64,000 nt of DNA from Prorocentrum cordatum. Its lineage: Eukaryota. Each line of letters opens with the position of its first letter. The stretch's first letter is position 1. Under the pieces are notes generated by a model. That model was not told the origin of the DNA. It saw only the letters and a list, made by a program, of their open reading frames with translations, and did not search any database. Positions 49,995 to 62,740 of the stretch are shown here, piece by piece. The position numbers and the translations under genes were made by a program. Location of the stretch: assembly GCA_963575745.1 (NCBI GenBank), contig CAUYUJ010000115.1:1-64000 (forward strand), given 5' to 3'.

Positions 49995-50380
49995 GGCAAC
50001 ATATGCGATCGATGTGGATGGGTCCCACCAACAGGCATTGCTCCGAGGGCCGCCAAAGGGCTCTTCCACCACCACCGCCGCGACTGCCGCGGCTGCACGT
50101 ACAAGCAGGCAGAATCCGACAACAAGCTCGGCCCGGATGCGCGTCGCACCGTGGCGGCCTTCCTGCAGAAGAACAAGCAGGCGGCCATACAGGCGGGGCA
50201 CGAGCGGAACCTGCGTCAGAGGATGGCTCGCGCCCCCGAGGCTCTCCAGAACGCCGCCCACGACCTCGACACCACCGTGCCGTACTTCGTCTCCGAGTCC
50301 GGCGTCAACAGGTACAAGTTCCAGTGTAAGCACTGCCACCGGAAGATGAAGCGTGCCGACGCCTTCTGTGACCCGTGCGT
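49995..50380 (+). CDS. Two zinc-finger-like motifs
   Basis: CDRCGW...HHHRRDC and FQCKHCH...FCDPC. Confidence 0.6.
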
Positions 50381-50732
50381 GCAAGCACCAGCACCCATCA
50401 GCTTCCAGGAGTTCCACCTGTTGCTCTGGAAGCATGGCCTTCGACATCAGGAAGTGCAGACCGCCGAGGCCCTCAAGGCCAAGGTCGCACGCTGGAGGCC
50501 GCACTCTCTGAGGTGAAGGTGCCCGCGACGGTCATGCAGGCCCCGGGTTTGGTGGACCCACGCCTGCAGGGTCGGCGAGGCGGCCAATCCAGGCCCGCCT
50601 GCGCACCGACGCCGTTGCGGGAACCACCGACACGCACCCACCACTACAGGCGACGACAGTCGCACACAGCAGCTCACCACTCCCACTCCAGCTTCCGACA
50701 TCGGCCCGTCCCCCCACAGAGGGGCCCGCCAG

Positions 50733-51410
50733 GTGGCGGTCACGGTCTGGCACTCGAACGTGCAGGGGGCCCCGAACCAAGACGACCTCAGGAGTGCTCT
50801 ACGACACGCGACCCGCATGGACGCCGACGTCGTAGTGCTCACAGAGACTCACTGGGACGAGACGCGTGCGAAGGAGCGCGTATCCGCGCGCAGCAAGTTC
50901 GGCCACGCATTCGCAACGGCCTCTCACACGACCACTCCGAACACAGCGGGCGTGGCCATCTACGGTCCAGCAGGCATGCGTCGCGATCCATGGTGCTGGC
51001 CCACCTCCCTACGAGGCTGGGTAGCATCAGCAGTGCTTCGCGCCGGCTCAACGGACGTCTTGATCATCGGAGTGTACGGCCACTCCGGCACCAAGCGGGC
51101 ATCGAAGGCCGGCAGGGCCGCTCTCGCAGATGCTCTCGCCGTGCGCGCTGCTGCCGCCGACCTACCCACAGTCATGATTGGGGATTGGGATGCCCCGCCA
51201 GACGACGACGACTATTCTTCCCTCGCGGACTTCACCATCGACCACCGAGTTGTGGGCCACCTGGATGCCCCCACGCATACTGGCGGCAGGTGCATCGATT
51301 ATTCACGCAGCCGCAGTTTGACGACACTCGATGCCAAGCTCGGCCCACCTGTCTCGGACGAGCTTTCAGCCAAGAGTCCATCCGACCACGTCCAACACTG
51401 CACGGAGTTC
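50733..51410 (+). CDS. APE-like endonuclease domain
   Basis: WHSNVQG, VVLTETHW, AGVAIY, IGVYG, MIGDWDA, PTH..GRCIDY, SDH. Confidence 0.92.
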
Positions 51411-51963
51411 GCCGTGGGCGCCGACGCCGACGTCACCTCCCTACGACGCCACCACCCGCTGGCACCTCCCGCCTCCAAAGCCTTGTGGTTGGAAGCATGG
51501 GAGCGCGCGGCCACCACCACGCGCCTCGCCGAGGCGGCGGCCGGGCACGACCCGAGCACGCATTGGCAGGCTTGGTCGGACACCCTGGAGCTCAGCGCCG
51601 GCGTCCCCCAGCACAGCCTCACCAGGTCCGACGGCGACGACGTGCGGCGATGGACCAAGGTGTGGAAATCTGCCGCGGACCACGCCAACACCGAGGAGCA
51701 CCGACAGCCAGTCGCAGAACGGCGACTCCGACGCGTCTACCGGCGCCTCCTGCAGTACGACAACATCCAGGGCGAGGACGCGGCACTCAGCGCCTCCCTC
51801 GCCAGGAGCCTCGGCTCCCTGGTTTCCGACGGCTGTATTCCCCACCCGGCCACTTACGACGACGCCGTCTGCAGCGTTCGACGGGCCATCCGGGCCTTCG
51901 AGGAGGAGGTCATCCAGTCCCGTTTGAACCAGTGGAGAGAGACACCAACAGCAGCATCATTCC

Positions 51964-54225
51964 ATGACGTCTGCCTACGCCTACGTCCGCAACGCAGCCA
52001 ACGCCCCCCCCGCGGCCGCAACCGATCCAACCTCGGGCCGGCTCTCCGGGGGATGCGCCGCCAGCATGACCGCAGCCAAGCGCGCCTGGGACGCCAAGAT
52101 GGCCGCTCCCCCAGACACCTCCAGTCTCGACCAGTATTTCGCCGAGGCCGCCAGATACGTGGCCCCAGTCCGACCGTGCGTGGAGTGCGGCGGAAAGCGG
52201 CACCTCGAGTGGGACAGGTTCACCGTTGCAGGCCTCAAGGCGGCAGCATGTGGTTGCCGGGGCACCGCGGCCGGGCCCGCGGACTACGACGCCGATTTCC
52301 TGCTCTCCATGCCCACGCCTGCGTGGCAGCACCTGGCGGACCTCGCTGACATGATCATGGGCGCGGGCATCTGGCCGGACGCGCTCCGCGCGCAGAACGC
52401 GACCTTCATTCCGAAGATCTCCTCGCAGGGCCTGCGCCCGATCGCCGTCATCCCCGTCGTCACGCGCACCCTGTCGAGGTGCCTTGTTCAACATTACCGT
52501 TTCTGGACCGCCAGGGTCCAATCTACAGACGCGGTCGGGCAGCTGCTCCGGTTCGAGGCCGCCGTCACCGCGCGCATAGCCGACAACCTCCCGACAGTTG
52601 CACGCACCAGTGACCTGGCCAGCTGCTTCAATCACATCGACCCGTCTTTGGCGGAGCGAGCGGCGCTTCTTCACGGCATGCCGGACACGCACGCTCATTT
52701 CCTCTTCGCCGTGAACGTGGACAAGCCCACAATTCTCCGTGGTGGAGAGTGCGCCATGCGCGCCCCACCGCCAGACAACGGTCTTGCACAGGGCGACCCG
52801 AGCTCTCCGCTGGGAGCGGCTGTGGTCGCCGCCACGCACAAGGCAATCTTGAAGAGCACAGTCGACGGCCTGCAGTACTTCGACACGTACGTCGACGACA
52901 GGACGGCCCTGACCAACTCTTTGGAGGCAGACCGACATTATACCCAGGAGGTGGCACGTCTGGACCGCCTCACGGGACAACGCGAAGATCCCAAGAAGGG
53001 CTCTATGGCGGCGGTCTTCCTTACCAACGGCACCGACCGCGCCGACAGCACCCTCCCCCTCCCCCTCCCCCTCACCAACAGTCGCGCCGACAACCACATC
53101 GACACCGACATCGAGGTGCTAGGCATCGTTTTCGACCTTACTGGATCCCGCAACCCCCGCAGCGGCCCGCGCACCGAACGGAGGGCAGGGGAGCTCCAGG
53201 AACGACTCCGACGCATCGCCAGGATCGCCAAAGCTGCCGGGCTCGGGGCCCGGAGGCGCATGGCCATGGTGAGAGCAACCATGTCCTTGTGGCGCTGGGA
53301 CGCTGCGTGGGTCATGGCCGACGACAGGGACCTGCACAGCATGCGCTGCGACATAGAAAAGACCATCACCGGGAGATAAAGACATTGGGCATGGAGGCAC
53401 GGCGGTGCTGTCTGGCTCACCACGGACAAAGGATGGCTCGTGGAGCCCTTCGCGGTGCAGTTCTCGGTTATCATCCGGTGTCTCGTGGAGGCGGCGTGTG
53501 GCGAGGACACCGCGCGCACCGTGGAGCGAGCCTGGACCCACCTGCACGAGCAGGGGCAGCACGGAGGTCGTGCGGACGGATCGTGGAGCTATCGCCTGGC
53601 TGCCCGGATCCGGCAAGTCGTCTCCCGTTTCTGGCAGCCCACAGACAGTCCATGGAAGTACCATTTCGACCATCAAACTTTCGATGTTCGACTTCTTCGC
53701 CAAGAACACCTGGACCACCACGTGCGCCAGGCATGGCGGGCATGGATTTGGACAGATTACCACCGACGGACGCTCCGCAAGGAGGCCGCCGGCCGCGTAC
53801 CAGCGCCTTGCCACACGACCCTCTGCGAGTGGCTGAACGAGCACGCCGGGGCCGACCACGACCGGTTTGCTTTGGCACAGATGTGCGTGATGGCAGCCGA
53901 GCCCAACGCAGTGCGCCTTTCGCATCTGCATCCAGATTGCTTCTCGCGCACCTGCCCCACCTGCCAGGTGGACAACAACACCCACCACATGATGCACGAA
54001 TGTCCGACCACGGAGCCGCTTCGTCGAGCGCACGGGCTCCATTTACCTCTACCACTCCCGGCCGACCTCTCTCAGGCCGAACGGAGCGCTTTCATGCTGC
54101 ATGGTTGGCACGACCACCACCGCCCTCAACTTTGCACTTTGGCGTACCGGGTGCTCAACTACAAACTGGCGGTCTTCCGGCCGTGGCACGCCGCGTGGCT
54201 TGCAGCCGCCGGTTCCGGCCGATAG
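51964..54225 (+). CDS. Reverse transcriptase plus C-terminal CCHC knuckle (internal TAA at 53377-79)
   Basis: FIPK..LRPIAV, DLASCFNHID, GLAQGDPSSP, YVDD (52888-99), EVLGI; same frame continues past the stop to CPTC-x8-H-x3-C. Confidence 0.93.
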
Positions 54226-56039
54226 CAGCAACAATAATTTGATTGCATCTTGTGCATCAGCGACAACAAGTGATTGCATGTTCTGCATCCTCTCAACAAG
54301 TATGCGCTTGTCGGCGCCTTCTTTCAACTATAGTGTTTTCCTTTTTTACTACTTCGAGGACATCAGACATCCTGTTGCAGTCAGAGCCGGCGGGGACCGA
54401 TTTTGAGTGGATTTGGCTTCCCCCCCCCCCTCCTGACGGATCTCCTGAGGCCCCTGCCAGTTCAGACCCCCTGGCCGCCTCCAAACGTGAAGTAATTCGG
54501 CACGATCGGAATGGTTACGGAGAGGATTGTACGTCCATGTTGAACAGGGCTCGCTGTCGACGTCACCGCGGACGTTGAGGGGCGGCTGTCCAACAGCGGC
54601 CGCTTTCGGCCTTGGATCACAGTTGTCGGTGGGCACATTTCGAGCGTCTACATGTAATTTTGGGGCGATGATGACAGTCCAGGGCGCCTCAAGAGGGTCC
54701 CCGAGGGAGACCGCGAATCGACATATCGCGCTCTCCGCCCTTTAACGCCCCCAAGAGGCCCCAGGCGGCTCCCAAGAAGCCTCCAGGAGGCCCCAAGAAG
54801 TCCCCAAGAAGCCCCCCAAAACCCCAAGCAGCTCCCAAGAAACCCCTGAGAGGCCCCAAGAAGTCCCAAGGAGGCCCCCAAAGCCCCAGGAGGCCATCAA
54901 GAGGCACCCCAAGAGCTCCCCCCAGACGCCCTGAGGCACTCCTGACGATCCTCGACGCCGTCCCATCACTGAGTGCCAGTTGCATCTCGTGTCTTGCTCG
55001 CGGGACGACTCTATGGTTTTGTTTGCGCGTCGTCGTCTGTGGTGAGAACTCTAGACGCTTCGCGTAGCCCCGCCAGTTAGGCAGCTTAGGTTCGGCCGTC
55101 GGTTCCCGTGCGCTAGGCAATTTGGCTCGCGCGTAGACCGCCCGACCTCTGACGCTGCTGGCACGCTCGCCTGCGGCCGCGACGAAAAACATAGCCCCGC
55201 CAGTTCATCTAGAAACGAGGCCCAGACGATTTGACATGATCAGGGATGTGGAGGAGAACGAAGCGGACAAAACATGCGTGCAGCAGGCCGATGAGAAAGA
55301 GGAGGAGGAGGAGGAGGAGGAGGAGGAGGAGGAGGAGGAGGAGGAGGAGGAGGAGGAGGAGGAGGAGGAGGAAACGGAGGTGGAGGAAAGGCGAGCAGAA
55401 CGGCTAGAGGCCTCTTGGATGCCTCTCGGATTCTCTTCGGATTTGGTTCGAAAGCTTCTTGGGGTCATCTTGGGGGTTTTGGGGGTATCTTGGCAGCCCC
55501 ATCGGCCTCTGGAGGCGCCTTCGGTGCTTCTGGGGGCCTCTTGGAGCCTCTTGAGGAACTCTTGGGAGCCTCTTGGGGGCATCTTCGGGGCATCATGGGG
55601 GCCTTTGAGCCTCCTGGGCGCCTCTTGGGGCCGCCTTGGGGCTCCTTTGGGAGCCTCGGGGGCCGTTTTGGGGCCATCTGGGAGGACATCGATCCATGGA
55701 GGGGGGCTCCTTTCTCAGTGTCCCTCACCAGGAGGCCCACATGTGGCCAAAACTTTATATCAATCAATGATTTGGCCTTCTCTCCGAGGCCTTTTGGGGC
55801 GTCTTGGGTGCCTCTGGGGGGGCCTCTTGGAGCCTCGTAGGGGCCTCTCGGGAGCCTCTTAGGGACATCTTGGGGGCCGTTTGGGGGCATCAAGGGGCTT
55901 GTCGGGCACCCCTTGGTGCCCTCTTGCTTTGGGGCCATATTGGAGGAGAACGACCATAAGAGGGGCCGTATTATATTGGAGCCCCCCCCACCCGGGAGGC
56001 CCAAATGCGGCCAAAACCCTCGTCCAGGGATGTGGGGTC

Positions 56040-57215
56040 CACCGGTCGCCCCAGCGGCAGGGTCCGCATGCGTCAACGCCACCCATGACAGCGCCTCGTG
56101 GCCCAATAGGAAGTTCCGCCGGAGGCTGCAGTGGCAGGGTCCGCATGCGTCAGCGCCACCCAGAACACCGCTTCGTGGCCCCATAGGGAGCTCCACCGAA
56201 AACTCCAGTGGCAGGGTCCGCATGCGTCAACGCCACCCATCGCAGCGCTCCGTGGCCCCATGGGGAGCCCCACCGAAAGTTCCAGCGGCAGTGTCCGCAT
56301 GCGTCAACGCTGCCGAGGACAGCCTTCCGTGGCCCCATAAGGAACTCCACCGAAAACTCCAGTGGCAGGGTCCGCATGCGTCAACGCCACCCAGGACAGC
56401 GCTTCGTGGCCCCATGGGGAGCCCCACCGAAGGCTTCAGCGGCAGTGTCCGCATGCGTCAACGCCACCCGTGTAGGCGCACCCATCACACGGTTCGTGGC
56501 CCCACAGGGATCTCCACCGAAGGCTACAGTGGCAGGGTCCGCATGCGCCAACGCCACCCAGGACAGCGCTTCGTGGCTTCATAGGGAGCTCCACCGATGG
56601 CTGCAGTGGCAGGGTCCGCGCGCGCCACCGCCATCCATCGCAGCGCTTCGTGGCCCCATGGGGGGGCTCCACCGAAGGCTCTAGTGGACCGTCCGCACGC
56701 GTTTCCCCGACCCAGGGCAGCGTTTCGTGGCCCCATAGGGAGTTCCACCGAAGGCTCCAGTGGCAGGGTCAGCATGCGCCAACGCCACCCAGGACAGCGC
56801 TTCGTGGCCCCATAGGGAGCTCCACTGAAGGTTCAAGTGGCAGGGTCCGCGTGCGTCAGCGCCACCCAGACATCGCTTCGTGGCCTTATAAGGAACTCCA
56901 CCAAAGGCCCCAGTGGCACCGTTCGTATGCGTCTCCCCCGCCTAGGAAAGCGCTTCGTGGCCCCAAAGGGAGTCCCACCGAAGGCCCCAGTGGCACCGTT
57001 CGCATGCGTCTCCCACACCCAGGACAGAGGTTCGCGCCCCCATCGGGGTTTCCACCGAAGGTCCCAGTGGCGCCGTTCGCATGCGTCCCCCCCGCCCAGG
57101 GCAGCGTTTCGTGGCCCCACAGGGAGCGCCAACGCAGGTCCCAATGGCGCAGTTCGCATGCGTTTCCCCCACCCAGGACAACGCTTCGTGCCCCCCCAGG
57201 GAGCTCCACCGAAAG
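56040..57215. repeat. Satellite block, ~77 bp variant
   Basis: gtggcagggtccgcatgcgtcaacgccacccaggacagcgcttcgtggccccatagggagctccaccgaa. Confidence 0.9.
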
Positions 57216-57739
57216 CGGTACCTACAATGCGGCACTCGCAGCTCCATTTGGTTGGGTCCTTCGTCAGGCTACTTGTTGTGATTGCCCTCGGGCCCCCCCC
57301 CCCGTTCGTCACGACAGCTGGACGTGGCTCGAGAGACTGGCCAGGATGGACCGGGTGGGAGGGGGGCGGAGGAGGAGGAGGAGGAGGAGGAGGAGGAGGA
57401 GGAGGAGGAGGAGGAGGAGGAGGGAGAGAAGGAGGCGGAGGAGGAACTTAGAGCGGATGTGTGCCCGGTGCAGAGGCGGCCTTGTAAGGGGACCCCGGGC
57501 TGGCAAGAAGCCCCGAGGAGTTTTTCGGGAGCTTCTTTGGGAGGGCTGAGCCCAGACATCCGCCGTTTTTTTTGTTTTGCCACTGCGGGGCCCCCCAGAA
57601 GTCCAGCCGTTCTTCCCAAAAGTGTTTGTTTCCCAACCTTCCTGTGGTGTTGGGTCCTCGCTTTGAGGACACAGCGCCCCGCGTCCTCACTCCTTCCGCT
57701 GCCCTCCTCCTCCCATCCTCCCCCCCTCCTCTCCTCCCC

Positions 57740-58695
57740 TACTTTGGCATACCCCTCACACGCTTCGTGGCCCCATAGGGAGCCCCACCAAAGGCCCAAA
57801 TGCCAGCGCTCGCATGCCCCCACCGCACCCATTTCGACAAACCCCTCACACGTTCTGTGGCCCCATATGGAGTTCCACCGAAGGCCCCGATGCCAGCGCT
57901 CGCGTGCGCCCACCGCACACATTTTGGAACACCCCTTACACGTTTCGTCGCCCCATAGGGAACTCCACCACAGGCCCAAATGCCAGCGCTCGCATGCGCT
58001 CGCCGCACCCGTATTGGCACACCCATCGCACGTCTTGTTGGCCCCACAGGGAGCTCCATCGAAGGCCCAGATGCCAGCATTCGCATGCGCCCACCACACA
58101 CCCATGTCGGGCGGGACACCCCTCGCACGTTTCGTGGTCCCATGGGGAGCCCCACCGAAGACCCACTTGCCAGCGCTCGCATTGGCCAACCGCGCCCGGA
58201 TTCCCCTCACACGTTTTGTGGCCCCACAGGGAACTCCACCACAGGCCCAGATGCCAGCGCACGCATGCGCCCAACGCACCCATTTTTGGAACACCCCTCA
58301 GACGTTTCATCGCCCCATAAGGAGCTCCACCGAAGACCCACTTGCCAGCGCTCGCGTCCGCCCACCGCGCCAATTTTGGGGCACCCCTTTAATTGTTTGT
58401 TGGCCTCATAGGGAGTTCCGCCGAAGGCCCAAATGCCAGCGCTCGCACGCGCCCGCTGCACCCATTTTGGCACACCCCTCACACGTTGCGTGGCCCCATA
58501 GGGAGCTCCACCGAAGGCACGCATGCCAGCGCTAGTGTGCCCGCCGCGCCCATTTTGGGCACACACACACACACACACCCCACGCGCTTCGTCGCCTCAT
58601 AGGCAGGCCCAGCTGCCAGCGCTCGCATGCGCCCACCGCCCCCAGTTTGGCACACCCTTCACGTGCTCCGTGGCCCCATAGGGAGCTCCACCGCA
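57740..58695. repeat. Satellite block, ~90 bp variant
   Basis: Same core with aaatgccagcgctcgcatgcgcccaccgc linker. Confidence 0.9.
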
Positions 58696-59014
58696 TGCGG
58701 CGCATACGACGGCAGTGCGGTCTTTTGCCAGGCTATGTGGTTTCACTCCCGGTACTTAGTTGTTTGCCGGTCTGGGGGCCTGCGAGGGCCTCCAGGTGCC
58801 GAGTACAGGGAACCATCTCCGTCGTGTTCCCAACCATCCTGTGGTGTTGGGTCTTCGTTTTGAAGAGACATTCCCCGCGTCTCTTCCTCCTCCTTCTCTC
58901 CTCGTCCTCCCGCTCCCCCCTCCTCCCGACCTTGCCTCTGCCCTCCGCATGTCCTCACCATCGTCGTCGTCATCATCATCATCGCCATCACCTCTCCTCC
59001 TCTTTCAAGTCTCT

Positions 59015-61480
59015 GTTTCGGCACAACCCTGACACGTTTTGTGGCCCCAAAGGGAGCTCCACCTAAGGCCTCAGTGGCTACGCTGCGCCCGAATGCCGCC
59101 ACGCCCGTCATTTTTGCACACCCCTCACACGTTCCGTGGCCCCGTATTTAGCTCCACAGAAGGCCGCAGTGCCTGCACCCGCATGCCCCCCCCCCCCCAC
59201 TCACTTTGGCACACCCTCACAGGTCTCGTGGCTTCATGAGAAGCTCCACCGAAGGCCCCAGTGGTTGCGCCCGCATGCCGCCACCCCCCCTCACTTGGGC
59301 ACATCCCGCACAGGCTCCTTGGCCCCATCGGGAGATCCACCGCAGGCCACAGTGGCTGCGTCCACATGCCGTCCCCCGCTTCATTTTGGCAGACCCCTCA
59401 CACGTTGCGTGGCCCCATAGGGAGCTCCACCGAAGGCCACAGTGGCTACACCCGCATGCCGCCACACCCTCACTTGGGTACACCCCTCACACGCATCGTG
59501 GTTCCATGGGGAGGTCCACCTGAGGCCCCAGTGGCTGGGCCCAAGTGCCGCCACCCTCTTCACTGTAGCAGACCCCTCACACGTTTCGTGGCCCCATAGG
59601 GCGCTCCACCAAAGGTCCCAGTGGCTGCGCCCGCAAGCCGCCACCCCTTCATGCTGGCACACCCCTCACACGTTTCGTGGTCCCATCGGGATCTCCACCG
59701 AAGGCCCCAGTGGTTGCGCCGGTATGCCGCCACGCCCCTCCCTTTGGCACAGCCGTCACACGTTTCGTGGCCCCAGGGGGAGCTCAATTGAAGGCCCCAG
59801 TGGGTGCGCCCACATGCCGCCCCCCCTCTTTTGGGCACACTCCTCACACTTGTCGTGGTCCCATAGGGAGCTCCACCGAAGGCCCCAGTGGCTGCGCCCA
59901 CAAGCCGCCACCCCTCGTTGTTTTGGCACGCCACTCACACGTTCCTTGGCTCCACTTGGAGCTCCACCGAGGGCCCCACGTTCGTGGTTTCATCGGGAGC
60001 TCCAGCGAAGGCCCCAGTGGTTGCGCCCGCAAGCAGCCACCCTTTCATGTGGGCGCACCCCTTTCACGTTTCGTAGCCCCCATACGGCGCTCCACCTAAG
60101 GCCTCAGTGGCTGCGTTCGCATGCCGCCACCCCCTTCACTTTAGCAGACCCATGACACGTTTCGTGGCCCTTTGAGGAGCTCCACCGAAAGCCCCAGTGG
60201 GTGCGCCCGCATGCCGCCCCCCTCACTATGGCACACCCCTCACACGTCTCGTGGTCCCATAGGGAGCTTCACCGAAGGCCCCAGTGGCTGCGCCCGCATG
60301 CCGCCACCCCCTCCGATTTGGCACGCCACTCAGACGTTTCCTGGCCCCACAGGGAACTCCACTGAAGGCCCGGTGTGGGTGCGTTCGCATGCCTCCACCC
60401 CTTCATGTTGCACACCTCTCACACGTCTCGTGGTTTCATCGGGAGCTCCACCTAAGGCCCTTGTGGCTGCGCCCGCATGCCGCCACCCTTCAATTTGGGC
60501 GCGCTCGTACACGCTTCGTGGCCCCATATGGGGGCCCCACCGAGGCCCCAGTGGCTGCGTTCGCATGCCGCCACCCCCTTCACTTCAGCATGCCGCTCAC
60601 ACGTCTCGTGGCTCCATAGGGTGCTCCACCTAAGGCTCCTTGTGGCTGCGCCCGCATGCCGCGACATATTGATTTCTGCACACCCATCACACGCTTCGTG
60701 GTCCCAGAGGGAGCTCCACCGAAGGCCGCAGTGGCTGCACCCGCATGCCGCCCCCCTTTCAATTTGCACACCCCTCACACGCATCGTGGTTCCATGGGGA
60801 GCTCCACCTAAGGCCCCAGTGGCTGGGCCCTCATGCCGCCACGCCCCTCTGCGGCACAGCCACTCAAACGTTTCCTGGCCCCTCAGGGAACTCCACTGAA
60901 GGCCCCGGTGGCTGCGCCCGCATGCCGCCACCCTTTCATTTTGGCACAGCCGTCACACGTTTCGTGGCCCCATAGGGAGCTCCATGGAATGTCCCAGCGA
61001 CTGCGCCCGCATGCCGCCACACCGCTCGTTTTGGCATGCCAATCACACGCTCCGTGGCCCTACAGGCAGCCCCACCGAAGGCCCCAGTGGCTGCGGTCGC
61101 ATGCCGCCACCCGTAGGCTGGCGTGGTAGGGGGTCAGGGTCGGCTCCGGGCGCGGAATTGTCGGGTGGGGGGTCCCAAGAACAGAGCTCCCAGGAGGGCG
61201 CACTCTTACACGCTTCGTGGCCCCATAAGGGGCTCCACTAAGGTCCCAGTGGCTGCGGTCACATGCCGCCACCCGTTTCGTGGTCCCATCCGGAGCTCCA
61301 GCTAAGGCCACAGTGGCTGCGCACGCATGCCTCCACCCTTTCGTTTTGGCACACCCTGTTCTGACTGACCTCCGCGCCCACATGCGGGCTGCCCCAGCGG
61401 CAGCGCCCGCATGGTGGCCCCACCCCGTTTCGGCGTTTCTTCAGGCATTTCGCGGCTCCGTCGGGAGCTTCACCGATGGC
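59015..61480. repeat. Satellite block, ~88-90 bp variant
   Basis: Same core with agtggctgcgcccgcatgccgccaccc linker. Confidence 0.9.
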
Positions 61481-62546
61481 GTTCTCCCACCGGCGGTACC
61501 CACAACTGGTGTTCTTCGCCCGGATTTGTTGGCGGGAAGGGGCCTACCATTTTTAAGACGCCCCTTGTTTAGGATGTAATGCTTGGGAGGTTGGTACTGA
61601 GAATCGGCGCTGGTACACCCGTCATCAGAAGCCGGCCTAACCCTGTTTAGTCTCGCCCAGTCCCGCCTAATCCGGCCAAGTCGGACTCAATCATGTGATT
61701 AACTTAGTCTCATACGGCTTGACCGCTTCTCAAAATGTATATTTTGGTGGCGAGTCATGGGAGCTTTGTATGCCATCGTCTTTAGAATGCACTAGCGTCG
61801 ACTAGTGTCTAGTAGTCGATGATATTGCGCGCATGTTGCGTCGATTTAGCGTCGATTAGGGTCGATTGGCGTCTATACGCAAGAGCCGACAAGATGGTAT
61901 GGGAGGTTCCCATGAATTGCCGCAGAAGTATCAGTAGCCTTTTCTCGGGTGGAACTCGCTGGAGGTTCAACTTTGACTGGGCTCTGGTACATCTCCTGTC
62001 GACAACTGGCCACATGCGGAGCAATCCCGCTTAATCTGGCCCTATTCCGTTGGATCCGGCTTATTGGCTTCGATTCAATTCCAGCCTTCAGCTGGCCTGA
62101 TCCGGTTCTGGGGGCCGCTTGGTCAGGCCTAATCGCAGGAGTACCCCAGGAGCTGCCTCGTAAGATTTCGTCGTGCCCGCGATGACCTCCCAGCAGTCGC
62201 TCGGCGGCGAGCGAGAGGGGGAAGTGAGAAGGGGCGGGCCTTCTCAGAAGTCTCGGAAGTCCCCCGGCCCTCTGAGAAGTGTTCGAAGCTGTCCCCCGAA
62301 GCCAGGAGAAACTGTTCAGGAGGCGCGAGGGCTTCTGAGAAGTCCCGCCGCCTTCTGAGAAGGCCTTCTCCTTCTCATTTCCCCCCTCGCTCGCCGCCAA
62401 GTCGCCGGGATTTAGCACTAAAAAACAACGGGGAGCTCATGCATACATTTATTCATACATTAACCATGTATTAAACATCCTATATGTTTGAACATCCGAT
62501 GTATTAAAAACTGCCCTGTAGAAGTACCCCAGGAGCTGCCTCGTAG

Positions 62547-62740
62547 GATTTCGTCGTGCCCGCGACGACCTCCCAGCAGTCGCCTCCCAAGAGCTGCCCG
62601 CGGCGCCCCCGTCGGCCAGGGCGCGACGCCTGGCCCCCCTGGGCGGACGCGCTGGAGGCGCGCCTCGCCCGCTTCCGCGGGGAGCTGGAGGCGGACCTCG
62701 GCCAGCGCTTCTTCGACCTCGAGGCCGCCGCCTCGGCGGC
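62547..62740 (+). CDS. Candidate exon, unknown protein
   Basis: cgtag|G acceptor, high-GC3 frame DFVVPATTSQQ...WADALEARLARFRGELEADLGQRFFDLEAAASAA. Confidence 0.4.

Larger units (their letters stand above)
47979..54238 (+). mobile_element. Non-LTR (APE-type LINE) retrotransposon with OTU-like protease; disrupted, 5' end uncertain
   Basis: Colinear ORF pieces giving ORF1-like, OTU, ZnF, NPGP, APE, RT and CCHC; ~3 frameshifts (~48650, ~49880, ~51960) and in-frame stops at 50514 and 53377. Confidence 0.93.

Noticed and set aside
49257..53097. Long antisense ORFs over the LINE
   Set aside because: Shadow ORFs expected from high-GC3 sense coding
47488..54244. tttgatt at both sides as the LINE TSD
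   Set aside because: Only 7 bp, and ~500 bp from the recognisable coding start with a palindrome in between; likely chance
27850..61480. CRISPR-like appearance of the 77-90 bp arrays with a leader
   Set aside because: Linkers are homologous within each block rather than unique spacers, the repeats are degenerate, there are no cas genes and the context is eukaryotic
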